Assembly: GCF_006345805.1 (NCBI RefSeq)
Contig: NC_043004.1
Location: 37,820,001-37,884,000 of the forward strand
Source: Octopus sinensis
Taxonomy: Eukaryota
DNA: 64,000 nucleotides
Reading direction: 5' to 3'
Shown: positions 52,201-62,751 of the stretch, piece after piece
Layout of the letters: every line of letters begins with the position of its first letter
How positions within the stretch are numbered: position 1 is the stretch's first letter
The notes under the pieces: model-generated
What the model saw: the letters and a program-made list of their open reading frames with translations, nothing else
Database searches by the model: none
Told to the model about the DNA's origin: nothing
Made by a program: the position numbers and the translations under genes

Positions 52201-53636
52201 CAACATCCTCGTTTAACATCTTTTGAAGTCTATTCACCCTCTCTAGAGATGTTGCCACAAGAAATGTATCTAGTGCACTTTGTGAAGTGGTGTTCAATAG
52301 GAAGGGCATTAAGGCTTAGAAACCAAACCAAATGACGACTACTAGCAACATATCAGTCTTTAGAAGCAGTAGTTCACAATACAAAATGGCTTGGACCATG
52401 GCAATTTGTCTAACCCATATCCACATGGGAATTGGATTTAAAATAATGATGGTAAAAACCAATGGAATACTAGACGTCTTTCAGCACTCTTCAAAGTTCG
52501 AAGCATGAAGGCAAGAATTTAAGAACTTTTAAAGTGCACGTGTTCAATGTGATTATGCAATTATCTACTATACACAACATATTTGTATTTGCTAGTGAAA
52601 CACACGTAAATATTATGTAGTTTGAGATGTAATAATAAAAAGACAAACTAAATGTCCGGTTAACTTCATTTGGGGAAGCATGCTTCGTGATTAAAATTAT
52701 TTCAATTTGCAAACTTTTAATTTTGTTCATAAATTTCTGTACGTTTCTTTAAGGTTCTGCAACAAAACTTAAGGATCCTCCATTAATTTAGAAGAAATAA
52801 TATTTCTTTAAGTATACCGCCAGTAAGTAATAAAATTTTATCAAAGTTAGCGGATTTAGGTAAGTTGGTCAATATAACGATCTTCGCTCGGGTTATATTG
52901 ACCGGTAAGTTCATATACTGTGAAAGGATAATCCTGATGTTAAGGGAATATTGCTCCGTCCGTGAGAGACCAACACAAATTTCTTGATTTCTATTTATTA
53001 ATTGTATCAATTTATCAACTTGGCGTTGAAAAACCCAGTTGCCCTCGATTGAAGTCGGTTATAACATCATGAAACGTCAAACAAGTTATAACGCTAGATA
53101 CAAATATAAAACAGAAATAAAAACAACAGTAAAACTGACAGATCTATAGATTTCTCTTGTTCAAGTACACGAATATCTTACTGGTATTTTATTAACATGA
53201 GTAATGAGTGATTACGTGAAGCTAGTGGAGTATGACCTCTATTACCTTGTAACAAGGGAGGTCAACATAGGGTGGTTACGAAGTACTAAAAAAATGGATA
53301 GGCAGAAATTATTTCACAAAAAGTAAAGTATAGAACTATGGTTAAAGAATGGTATTTGTGGCAGGTAAAATAGAAGCAAATAAACAATTTTAAACAGATA
53401 CATTGTGTCTATGATAAACCGTGACCGAAATAATTTAGAGGACATATTCGTAAGAGTACTTTTCGTTTGAACGAAAGAAATGATTCTAAAAAAATCAGTA
53501 AATGGTAGCTACAATACATTTTTTGCAACGATATGACATTCTTCAAGAATTGAGTATGATTTAAAACATTTGTTTCGAAAAGAATTAAAAAGAAAAGGTT
53601 GGTTTTTACCGGCTGTACAAACTTCAGAGAGGCCAT
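37338..53636 (-). CDS. ATP5PO: ATP synthase peripheral stalk subunit OSCP (subunit O), complete (8 coding exons, 209 aa)
   Basis: Exons 53636-53610, 51148-51104, 49056-48946, 47638-47566, 45353-45294, 42804-42692, 38027-37941, 37451-37338 sum to 630 nt, all GT-AG and in phase. Protein: [44 protein letters not shown]...ENGR...[13 protein letters not shown]...[21 protein letters not shown]...KQAV*. These are OSCP hallmarks with a presequence-like N-terminus. AATAAA on - at 37119-37124. Confidence 0.96.
37941..38027 (-). CDS. ATP5PO: ATP5PO exon 7 ([11 protein letters not shown]...ETK)
   Basis: 87 nt, AG/GT flanked. Confidence 0.95.
38372..38766 (-). mobile_element. Short non-autonomous Helitron, family A (395 bp), in ATP5PO intron 6
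   Basis: A|TCTTTATATATAAAAG ... cccgagcaacgccggccgatactg CTAG|T; shares about 240 bp of 5' sequence and the 3' terminus with 8453-9299. Confidence 0.88.
38926..39182. repeat. Fold-back of a short dispersed repeat (about 118-bp arms, 21-nt loop)
   Basis: Arms 38926-39043 and 39065-39182; a single copy of the same family at 1-90. Confidence 0.88.
39545..39810. repeat. Tandem array, about 2.5 x 101-107 bp
   Basis: gacctggtagaaa...gccaaatctccctcaaatcacacc recurs three times. Confidence 0.8.
39849..40316 (-). mobile_element. Helitron-like element, family B (5' end matches 7099 onward)
   Basis: A|TCTCTTATTATAAAAGGCAG start, homologous to 7099-7375; 3' end degenerate. Confidence 0.7.
40352..40748 (+). 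mobile_element. SINE family A, intact
   Basis: Head-to-tail uninterrupted copy, used as reference for the split copies. Confidence 0.88.
41491..42262 (-). mobile_element. 5'-truncated RTE-clade LINE (RT C-terminus, open frame) in ATP5PO intron 6
   Basis: [56 protein letters not shown]; short (AG)n tail. Confidence 0.92.
42692..42804 (-). CDS. ATP5PO: ATP5PO exon 6 (ALSENGR...[13 protein letters not shown])
   Basis: 113 nt, phase 1-0. Confidence 0.96.
43714..44088 (+). mobile_element. SINE family A
   Basis: Head-to-tail copy. Confidence 0.85.
44440..44730 (+). repeat. RTE 3'-UTR truncated copy in ATP5PO intron 5
   Basis: Same family, tail to the right. Confidence 0.85.
45294..45353 (-). 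CDS. ATP5PO: ATP5PO exon 5 ([19 protein letters not shown])
   Basis: 60 nt, phase 1-1. Confidence 0.93.
46290..47040. repeat. Two RTE 3'-UTR copies of different subfamilies in inverted orientation, ATP5PO intron 4
   Basis: About 46290-46625 tail left and 46640-47040 tail right. Confidence 0.8.
47566..47638 (-). CDS. ATP5PO: ATP5PO exon 4 ([24 protein letters not shown])
   Basis: 73 nt, phase 0-1. Confidence 0.93.
48946..49056 (-). CDS. ATP5PO: ATP5PO exon 3 ([20 protein letters not shown]...)
   Basis: 111 nt, AG/GT flanked. Confidence 0.96.
49164..49560 (-). repeat. RTE 3'-UTR truncated copy, subfamily B
   Basis: (CAT)n tail plus ~60-bp units. Confidence 0.75.
51104..51148 (-). CDS. ATP5PO: ATP5PO exon 2 ([15 protein letters not shown])
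   Basis: 45 nt, AG/GT flanked. Confidence 0.92.
53610..53636 (-). CDS. ATP5PO: ATP5PO exon 1 (MASLKFVQP)
   Basis: caccATGG Kozak context, CCG|gtaaaa donor. Confidence 0.85.
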
Positions 53637-53809
53637 GGTGCTTTGAAGGAGAGTGACAGGAAGTCTGTAGCACTCTTCTATATGAAGATGAATAAACTAA
53701 ATCGGCTGACAAGAGGAATGTATGGAAACGCTATTGTGTAATAATTTTCAATTACTGCTTTGTGAGATCCAGCAGTAATGTAAATTATACTGGCCTTTTT
53801 TTTTTTGAA

Positions 53810-53887
<78 letters not shown>

Positions 53888-53931
53888 TATATATATGTTT
53901 GAAGTTTTTGGTTGATGTACAGATTTAATAC

Positions 53932-54123
53932 ATATGAAAGAAAAAAGATGTTCAGAATGCTGGATGGTTGTAAAAATATATATTTATTTACATATCACAT
54001 ATTATTATTACTTCATATTAGCGCTAGTTGAAAGCGCTAATATGAAGTAATAATATGTAATATGTAAATAAATATATATTTTTACAACCATCCAGCATTC
54101 TGAACATCTTTTTTCTTTCATAT
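53932..54123. repeat. Near-perfect palindrome (94/91-bp arms, 7-nt loop)
   Basis: Arms 53932-54025 and 54033-54123; one mismatch and one 3-nt indel. Confidence 0.92.
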
Positions 54124-54254
54124 ATATATATTAGACAGAATGAGATAACAAATCCCACGCTGTGAGAGACATTTAAAATGAAATAGTCTTACAGCTGTTT
54201 TTGGGATATTATGGATATCCCTTCATTATAGACAGTGTGAGAAAATATTTGAGT

Positions 54255-54301
<47 letters not shown>

Positions 54302-54389
54302 GGAAAGTTTACGAAAATAAACAAAAGACGAAGGCAGGTGGAGTACAAACAAACAAATGTATTCGTATAGCGCTCAGGAATAGAAAAAG

Positions 54390-54427
54390 TCTTTTACGTT
54401 TCGAGCCTACGCTCTTCGACAGAAAGA
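54390..54427 (-). ncRNA. Minimal type I hammerhead-like motif (non-canonical U at position 6) in a short PLE-like repeat
   Basis: UCUUU CUGUCGA A GAGC-GUAG-GCUC GAAA CG UA AAAGA; second copy at 34156-34192. Activity untested. Confidence 0.45.
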
Positions 54428-54685
54428 TACACAGAAAAAAAACAAGGAGAGAAAAAAGGAGAAAAAATATATATAATCATAAAAAGCTCATTTAGCTGAC
54501 TCAACTACACACACATCGTAAACCAAAGCATAGTAGTGTAATAAAGAGTCCTATCCAGTTGAAATTCAGTAAATCCATTTAGTGAAAATTATTTCATGAA
54601 ATGTATATAGAATATAAAGAAAGTTAGTTGGTATGAGATGAATATATTAAATACATTCATGTCATACCTCCTGCCTTTCTGATAC

Positions 54686-54855
<170 letters not shown>

Positions 54856-55021
54856 TAAAATAATATGTGACAATTATTCAATAGCCAAGATAAAACTCTG
54901 AGTTTCGGATGCCGAGGTGGAAATCCTCTATTTACATAATATTGAGGTTTCTTTCTTTCTTTTGTTATCTTACCGTTTTTACCAATATATATATATATAT
55001 ATAAAAGATTAAGACTCTATT

Positions 55022-55469
55022 CCTTAGAGCGTAGGCGAGAAAGATATGCCATAATATACATCTGGTATCGAGAGTTGCACAAATACTAGAACTGGGCGCC
55101 ACTGCATAGTGCTAAGGATTCCAAATTTGCCATCAAGGTATAGGACATGATACTGCAAGAGCCTGGGTTTCAGAGGACCACAGCTCTTCAATATCCTCCC
55201 GAAGGACTTGAGAGACCTGCATGGGATGGACGTAGGTGTCTTCAAAATAAAGCTGAACCTCTTACTGTCAAGTGTCACAGATGAGCCAACTTCTCGGCAG
55301 GAGGTGCAGAAGAGGGCAGCGGCATCAAACTCCCTCATGCACCAAATATCAATTCCTAAAAAGCATTCGTGAAGTAAAATTATGTAGCAACACCAAATGG
55401 CGGTGCCCCAGCATGGCCACAGCTCATGAGCTGAAACTAGATAAAATCAAATCAAATCAAATCAAATCA
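55022..55469 (+). mobile_element. 3' end of a CR1-group LINE with (AAATC)n tail
   Basis: LERRRERYAIIYIW, GPQLFNILPKDLRDL, FKIKLNLLLSSVTDEP, ASNSL motifs, then a short 3' UTR and tail. Confidence 0.75.
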
Positions 55470-55593
55470 TATGCTCTACGTATTTTCTATTAAGAGACAT
55501 GTTCCGTCATGAAATAAATTTTATAGCTTGTTTGTGCTACCATACTTCACATGTTCTTGCATGGCCACCGTATCAACAAAGTAGAGAGGAATC

Positions 55594-55641
55594 ATGCCTG
55601 GCTATCAATTGTTCTTAATTATGAGATCGGCATTAAATAGA
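55594..55641 (+). CDS. MRPS6: MRPS6 exon 1
   Basis: ATG CCT GGC TAT CAA TTG ... AAT AGA|gtgagt; 48 nt, phase 0. Confidence 0.85.
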
Positions 55642-58040
55642 GTGAGTATTCTATTTATGTTAGATTGTTTCATTGAGTATCTAGCTATAGTCAGAGATGA
55701 TGATGTTATCTTTTAGTTTACTAATATTTCTCATAATCAACTCACATCCCCTATTTAATCGTTAAGCCCTTCAACAATATCCACCTCTGTGCTTTCTGGC
55801 CTTTTAAGGTTGGCAATATTCTTCTCTTTCGTTAAAATGTTACTAGTCAATGATAAAGTCACGCTTGACCTGCTAGAAATGTGAGTCACTAACATCAAAA
55901 GTTAAACTAAATCTAAACAGCCAAATATATATTACAAGGTGTAATGATGTATAGCTGTTAAGAGTCGAGTAACGTAACCCTTTATCTGTCCAAAGAATTT
56001 TCGTCAGTTTGTCCTACGTCTGTGCTTGTTTCCAGACTTTTAAGACAACCCCTGTTTCATATGTTTTCTCTTTCGTTAAAATGTGACTAGTCAATGATAA
56101 AGTCACGCTTGTCCTCCTAGAAATGTAAGTCACTAACATCAAAAGTTAAACTAAATCTAAACAGCCAAATATATATTACAAGGTGTAATGATGTATAGCT
56201 GTTAAGAGAGTCGAGTAACGTAACCCTTTATCTGTCCAAAGAATTTTCGTAAGTTTGTCCTACGACTGTGCTTGTTTCCAGACTTTTAAGATAACCCCTG
56301 TTTCATATGTTATGCGTAAAATAAAGCCTTTCTTTTATAAATCCCAAATTACTCTGGTTGAAGAAAATTAGGAATGTGTATAGTATATGATGCCTGGACG
56401 CCAGAGAAATACGTCCTGTTCATCACATGTAAAACAGAACAGACGAAGTGTTTACTTTTCGACACATTTACTTATTCGTTTGTTAATTAAGGAAAGCTAA
56501 ATTATTTTTCTACACTCCACGGTGTTGCTAGTTTCATTTTTGATTACGGTTTTGACCTAAGTTTAGCAAGATTAGATCGACTGCCCCTTAAAATGTAAGG
56601 CTAGCGGTGCATCCAAAAGCTGCAAACCTTGGAGAGATTGAAAAACCAGGCATGGTTGATCATTTCAGATGGGGGAGGAAAGACGCCTATCTTTGTGAAG
56701 CAAAATCAAGATCGTAGAGAAGGAACAACACTGAGCTATATGACCTGTGAAAGCATCTTCTTATACGTTGAGCTTTTCATTACCGACTCATTGGGCTTAG
56801 CATAACGATGAACATGAAGTTGGAGTTTTTAAATAAGAAAAAAGAACATTTAACTTGCCACCGGTTTAAAAAAAAAAATTTAAGTTGTTAATTTTCATTA
56901 CTTAATTGTGATACGAGACAATCGGATAATGAATATAAATGTTAAATGTCTCACGGTTTGTGGACGTGAGTCCAATCCATGGATCTTTCAAACAATTTAT
57001 ACTCAGGTTTAGGTAACATCCTAATCATCATCATCATCATCATTTAACGTCCGTTTTCCATGCTAGCATGGGTTGGACGGTTCGACTGAGGTCTGGGAAG
57101 CCAGGAGGCTGCACCAGGCTCCAGTCTGATCCGGCAGTGTTTCTACAGCTGGATGCCCTTCCTAACGGCAACCACTCCGAGAGTGGGTGCTTTTTACATG
57201 CCACTGGCACAGGGGCCAGAGGAGGCTGGCAACGTCCACGATTGGTTGGTGCTTTTTTACGTGCCACCAACACGGATGCCAGTCAAGCTGGCATTGGCCA
57301 CGTCCGGATGGTATTTTTTACGTGCCACCGGCACGGGTGTCACAACTACAATTTCCATTTGATTTTTATTTTGATGTTGATATACTTGACTCAATAGGTC
57401 TCCTCAAGCACAGCAGGTCGCCCTTCGATCCAAGGTAAGCACAGCAGGCTGTCCTGTGAGCCATGAACTCACTTCATTTGTCAGGTCTTCGCAGTCACAG
57501 CATATCTCCAGAGGACTCGGTCTTTCGTCATTGCCTCTGTGAGACCCAACGTTCGAAGGTCGTGCTTGACCACCTCATACCATGTCTTCTTGGGTCTACT
57601 TTGGGAGTAGCACTTCTTCACACATCTCTCCTCATCCATCCGTAGTACATGACCATATCCTTAAGTAGGAGAATAATAGAGTAAGCCTTATATGGACAAG
57701 ATTGGATACAGTTCACCCTTATCATCATCATAATCATTTTAACATCCACTTTTCCATGCTTGCATAGGTTGGACAGAATTTGGCAGGATGGGGGCGGTGG
57801 CAGATTTTCTATGTCTTGATACTCTTTCTGTTGCCAACCCTCACCTCTTTCTTATCAAAGTATACCTGAGTATACAATTGTTTGAAAGATCCGTGGATTG
57901 GAATGATGTCCACAGACTGTGTGACATTTAACCTTTATATACATTATTTGATTGTCTTGCATCATAATCAGGTAATGGAAATAAATACTTTAGGTTTTGT
58001 TTTAAATACTGGTTGAAGGACATGGACACACACTCACACA

Positions 58041-58083
<43 letters not shown>

Positions 58084-60873
58084 TATAGTCAACCTCGGCG
58101 GAATTTGAACTCAGAACGTAGCGGCAGACGAAATAGCGCTAAGCATTTTGCCTGGCATGCTAACATTTCTGCCAGCCCACCGTCTGTCTCATTCAGTTTC
58201 TGTCTACCAGATCCACTTATTAAATTTAGGTTAACCTGGGGTGATAGTAGAAGGCACTTGCCCAAGGTTCCACACGGTGGGCTTGAATCCAGAGCCATGT
58301 GGTTAGGAAGCCAACTTGTTAACCACACTACCATTCCTCTACATATTCGCTGTAGATTTATAAAGGATTCTGATCAGAATTCCGAGGACATTATGATAGG
58401 CTTGCAGAAGGCCAGAAGGTACAATGGTTGAAATTTTGTGACTGTGACAACCAAGACAAGGACACTTGTACCAATGTATCAGTATGTTACATGCTGCAAA
58501 TATACTTTTTGAATTAAACATTGTGTGGTTGTTATTTAGAATTTATTCAGGCTAATATATGATAGTGTGGAGGCACAATGGCCCAGTGATTAGGGCAGCA
58601 GACTTGCGGTCGGAGGATTGCAGTTTCGATTCCCAGACCGGGTGTTGTGTGTGTTTATTGAGTGAAAACACCTAAAAGCTCCATGAGGCTCCGACAGAGG
58701 GTGGTGGCAACCCCTGTTGTACTCTTTCGCCCCAACTTTCTCTCACTCTTTCTTCCTGTTTCTTGAGTAACGCTGTGATGGACTGGCGTCCCGTCCAGCT
58801 GGGGGGAACACTTATGCCATAGAAACCGAGAAACCAGGCCCATGAACCTGGCTAGGCTTGAAAAAGGCACATAAATAAATGAAATAATGTATGATAGTAT
58901 AACTAAACAAGATAGCTGATCAATTTTTAATATCAATTTATGAGTTAAAGTGGCAAACTAGCAGAATCATTAGCAAGCCAAATGTTGTCCATCCTTATGT
59001 CCTGAGTTCAAATTCTGCTAAAGTCAGCGTTGCTTTTCACCCTTTCGGGGTTAATAAAATTAATGCCAATTGAGTTCTGGGATCAATGTAATTGACTTAT
59101 CCCCATCTCAGAAATTGCTGGCCTTGTGCCACAATTGGAAACCAATATTAATCTGTCAGTTTGAGAAATTGAAGATAAGTTGTTTTGTCCCTGGAAAATT
59201 TTGAAACGTATGTGTAAATGGATCAAGTTACCCCCATGGATGTTTTAAAGAATTCTTATGGATATAAAGAATTCTGAGACCACGAGACAAGTATTATGAC
59301 ATAGTGTTCTGAGAACATTATGAAGAAGGTCAGAAAGTGCAATGGTTGAAATGATGTGACTAGCATCCAAGGAGAAAACAGCTGACTTTGACATAAATGA
59401 AAATTTCTTGTGTTTTGGGCTCTAAAAAAGAATTATGTATAAATTTTCATCTCCACCTCAAAAAATTAGAGTTAATGAAGGAGCCTCTACCTTCTAGAAA
59501 TAGAAGCCACCTCTCCCTTAATTCACACTCTACATCTGTAAAAATTCAACAATGACAACTAAAAAGGGAAGGACAAATTGTTTATTGAAGTCCTAAAGAC
59601 AGGAGGGCCATGGTTTGAAAGTCTTTGACTATAAATCTGCTAAACCATGGCTGTCCGAGAGCTTAACAATATTTAATAGACTGCATCATTTTATTAAGTT
59701 TCTGGCTTTGTGCTTAATACATTTGGAAATGTCTTGCAGTATTTCTTTTGGCTTCTTACATTCTGAGTTCAAATCCTCCTCTAGGCAACTTTTCATCCTT
59801 TTGGGGTTGATGTAGTAAAGTGTTAATCAAGAACTCAAGTTGGTTGTTGTAATCAACTAGCTCATGATAATGAGAATTTTTTGTTCTACTAGCTGGGTCT
59901 AGAAGACGAGGCTGTGCTTGTGGTTTTTGCAGAGCCTATTTGAACTGATAAGATTGATGTTGTTGATGTGTCTCTTGAACCGTTCTAGTTGAATGCCTTA
60001 GGAAGAGGTATGGACGATGGGAAGTCAAGGCCAGGCAATAAGGACAAAATTACTGGCCTTCTACTGAAATTAGAAACTGTGGCACTGGGTTAACTTTGCT
60101 TTCATGCTCCCAGAGTCAGTAAATTATCAGTTAAATGTTGGTAGGTATATTAAGCTATATCCTTTCCCTGCGTTGTAACATTGGGACCTTGGTGCTTCTG
60201 TTAGAAATCGTGTCTTTTGGAATTGGATGAGTAGCAGACAAGAGAGCTCAAACTGATGAAATGATTGCTTATATAAGATCTTTTCGGTTTGAACGGCAGT
60301 TTTTAACATAATTTCTGGGTAACTAAAAAATTTTAAACTTCGTATACTGGTAGAATGTGTTTATAAAACATCTTTTTCTCTTGGCTTTATTGAGAAAATT
60401 CCATAGTTTGTAAGATATTTGTTGTTTTTTTTCTTCAATTTCTGCAATTTCAACCAATCAATGACGTCCATTGAGGTAAAAAAACATTCTGTGCCGTATG
60501 AATATGTCCCTCGTTTAAGAAACAGATTGGGTTTATTTACATTCGTGAAGAAAAAAAGATACCCTTCCCCCCACCTCTAACCCTAATCCTAACTAACCCT
60601 AAAACAGATTGAAATGCAATAGATCGATACTAGGGTCATAATTATGGGTGACAATTTCATATGACACCGCTAGAAAAAACTGCTGTTCAAACCGAAAAGA
60701 TCCCTTATATATTCTTTTTTCTTTACTTTACAGTCACAACTCCATTCTACCGTACGAAGGAGTTGTGAAGCCATAATGGAAAGGAAAGGAATCGTCAGAT
60801 CACTGGAGAACATGGGACAGCAACAACTTCCATATATAATGAGGAAACATCAACAAATTCACCATGAAGGAAG
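55594..60873 (+). CDS. MRPS6: Mitochondrial small ribosomal subunit protein bS6m (MRPS6), exons 1-2; exon 3 not found in the window
   Basis: Exon 1 55594-55641 (MPGYQLFLIMRSALNR|gtgagt) plus exon 2 60734-60873 (ttacag|SQLHSTVRRSCEAIMERKGIVRSLENMGQQQLPYIMRKHQQIHHEG+AG|gtaata). Aligns by eye with human MRPS6 [62 protein letters not shown], as recalled. Confidence 0.88.
55822..56311. repeat. Tandem duplication, 2 x about 244 bp, in MRPS6 intron 1
   Basis: Units start at 55822 and 56066; a few substitutions and a 2-bp indel. Confidence 0.92.
57024..57660 (-). mobile_element. 5'-truncated RTE LINE: RT C-terminus plus whole 3' UTR with (ATG)n tail
   Basis: YGHVLRMDEERCVKKC..RPKKTWYEVVKHDLRTLGLTEAMTKDRVLWRYAV* runs directly into the repeat ending ggacgttaaatgatgatg. 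Confidence 0.85.
60276..60703 (-). mobile_element. MITE, same family as 29601-29969, sitting 30 bp upstream of MRPS6 exon 2
   Basis: TSD cttatata at 60268-60275 and 60704-60711. Confidence 0.82.
60734..60873 (+). CDS. MRPS6: MRPS6 exon 2
   Basis: 140 nt, strong polypyrimidine acceptor, VRSLENMG..LPY motif of the S6 family. Confidence 0.9.
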
Positions 60874-60938
60874 GTAATATTGGTGTTTATTAAAACTCAC
60901 AAATAATATGAATCAAATTTTACTTCTTTATTCTCTCA

Positions 60939-61166
60939 TTAACCCTTTAGCATTTGAACTGACCATATCTGGCCTAAGTATTCTACCTATTTTATCTTCA
61001 TACTGGTCAGATCTGGCCTTTTACACCTACCCTACAGTGTCATTTTAAAAATAAACAATCACATCATCAAAATCTCAAAGGTATGAGATAATGCATGATT
61101 AATTCAAAACGACATGAATACTTAAGCATTGCATTTGACAAAGTAATCTGAATGCTAAAGGGTTAA
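60939..61166 (+). mobile_element. piggyBac-type MITE, family 2
   Basis: TTAA|CCCTTTAGCATT ... AATGCTAAAGGG|TTAA. Confidence 0.85.
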
Positions 61167-61844
61167 TGCTAATTGGAGAAGAGGAACAGCACACATGATC
61201 TATATATGCCCCATAAACCGATGAGGTAAGTGTGGTTTGCACTTGTAGAAAATTGTGTATTTAAGGAGGGGATTCCAGATGTTTGTGGCTTTGCAGAAGA
61301 ATGGAAGGGGTAAAAAATGTACAGTGGAGGTCTATGAAGTGAGAAGAAATAGCATGTTTCTGAAGCAGTTGTTACATGTAGTGTGTTATAAAATATCAGC
61401 CAGAAGACCTTTAATGAAATGCAGTCTAAAATTAATGTGCTGTCCTACAAATTTGGGTAGTCTTTCAACATTGGAGAGTGTACTGCAAAAGTGTATCCTC
61501 AATGAATATAGTGATTAGGTCTGTTCTTTACTGTTCCTAATGCCAGCCACATTACAGAATGTACTGAGTGTAATTAAAGAGATAGAGACAAATAAGGCAG
61601 GAATTCTTGAATGGAGATGGTATGAATCCATTTACCCCTGACATTTACCTATTTTTGTAGTGGTAGGAAAGGTGGAGAGAAAGGAGACAGCTTATCTGTT
61701 GGCCAGAAGTTGGATGTGTCTGTGAATAACTGTGCTGATTGTTTGCATGATTCTTCTCTTGATACAGTCTAGGTTCACATGTCTGAATTGAAAAACACTT
61801 TGAGAAGTTTCCGTTTGTGGAAGCGGCACATGTTTGGATGCAAT

Positions 61845-62235
61845 GTCCGAGTTGCATTTATTTGATAGTTTCTGATACCTAGGTGACCAAGTTAGTAGCT
61901 GGGGGTGGATGATCAGAGAGTGTTACCACTAGAATAAGAATAGCCTGGGCAAAGTTTAGGAAGCTTCTTCCCCTACTGGCGACAAAGGGTCTCTCGCTCA
62001 GAGTGAAAGGTAGATTGTATGACGCATCTGTGCGAACTGCCATGCTTCACGGTATTGAAACATGGGCTGTGACTGCAGAGGATATGCGTAGGCTCAAAAG
62101 AAATGAAGCTAGCATGATCCGCTGGATGTGTAATGTCAGTGTCCATGCACTGGTGCAGCCTCCTGGCTTCCCAGACCCTGGTCGAACTGTCCAACCCATG
62201 TTAGCATGGAAAACGGACGTTAAATGATGATGTTG
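61845..62235 (+). mobile_element. RTE LINE RT fragment fused through an internal deletion to the RTE 3' tail
   Basis: RIRIAWAKFRKLLPLL..KGRLYDASVRTAMLHGIETWA...MIRWMCNVS then ...ccaacccatgttagcatggaaaacggacgttaaatgatgatg. Confidence 0.8.
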
Positions 62236-62325
62236 ATGAAATGAAAAATGTTAAAGCAGTGTGAGGAATGGTATCATCTACAGTGAGATATGGTTGGAAA
62301 TAACAGCTTACTCTTCATTAATTGA

Positions 62326-62405
62326 TAGAAGGAAGTGTATGAGATATAACTAAAAGGAAGCATATGAGATATAACTAAAAGGAAGTGTATGAGATATAAC
62401 TAAAA
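62326..62405. repeat. Minisatellite, 3 x 26 bp
   Basis: ggaagtgtatgagatataactaaaa repeated. Confidence 0.85.
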
Positions 62406-62522
62406 TTCAGGGTATACTAGAGTCGGTAAAATGTGGGTTACATAGAATTTTGTCAGCGTCTGCCTCTTTGGATTCATGTAATAGGATATTTACAATGAAA
62501 GAGATAGAAATGGCTGAAAGCC

Positions 62523-62751
62523 TTAACCCTTTTGTTACCGTATTTCTGTTGAGATGCTCTGTGTTTCTTTTAATTACTTTAGATATAACAAAGAATTTAG
62601 TAAAATAACTTAGTTATCATTAAACTAGTGTTAGGAATATAAATTGTGACTAAGGTTTGGTGGTTTATTCTAATGCAAAACTTATGAAAACAAGACATTT
62701 GTACTACAGAGCCAGAGCCGGTTTTGGCCGGGTTGGTAACAAAAGGGTTAA
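62523..62751 (+). mobile_element. piggyBac-type MITE, family 1
   Basis: TTAA|CCCTTTTGTTACC ... GGTAACAAAAGGG|TTAA. Confidence 0.85.

Noticed and set aside
53040-53085. TTGAAGT...CATCAT-GAAACGTC, hammerhead-like
   Set aside because: The core has two changes and stems I and II do not pair convincingly.
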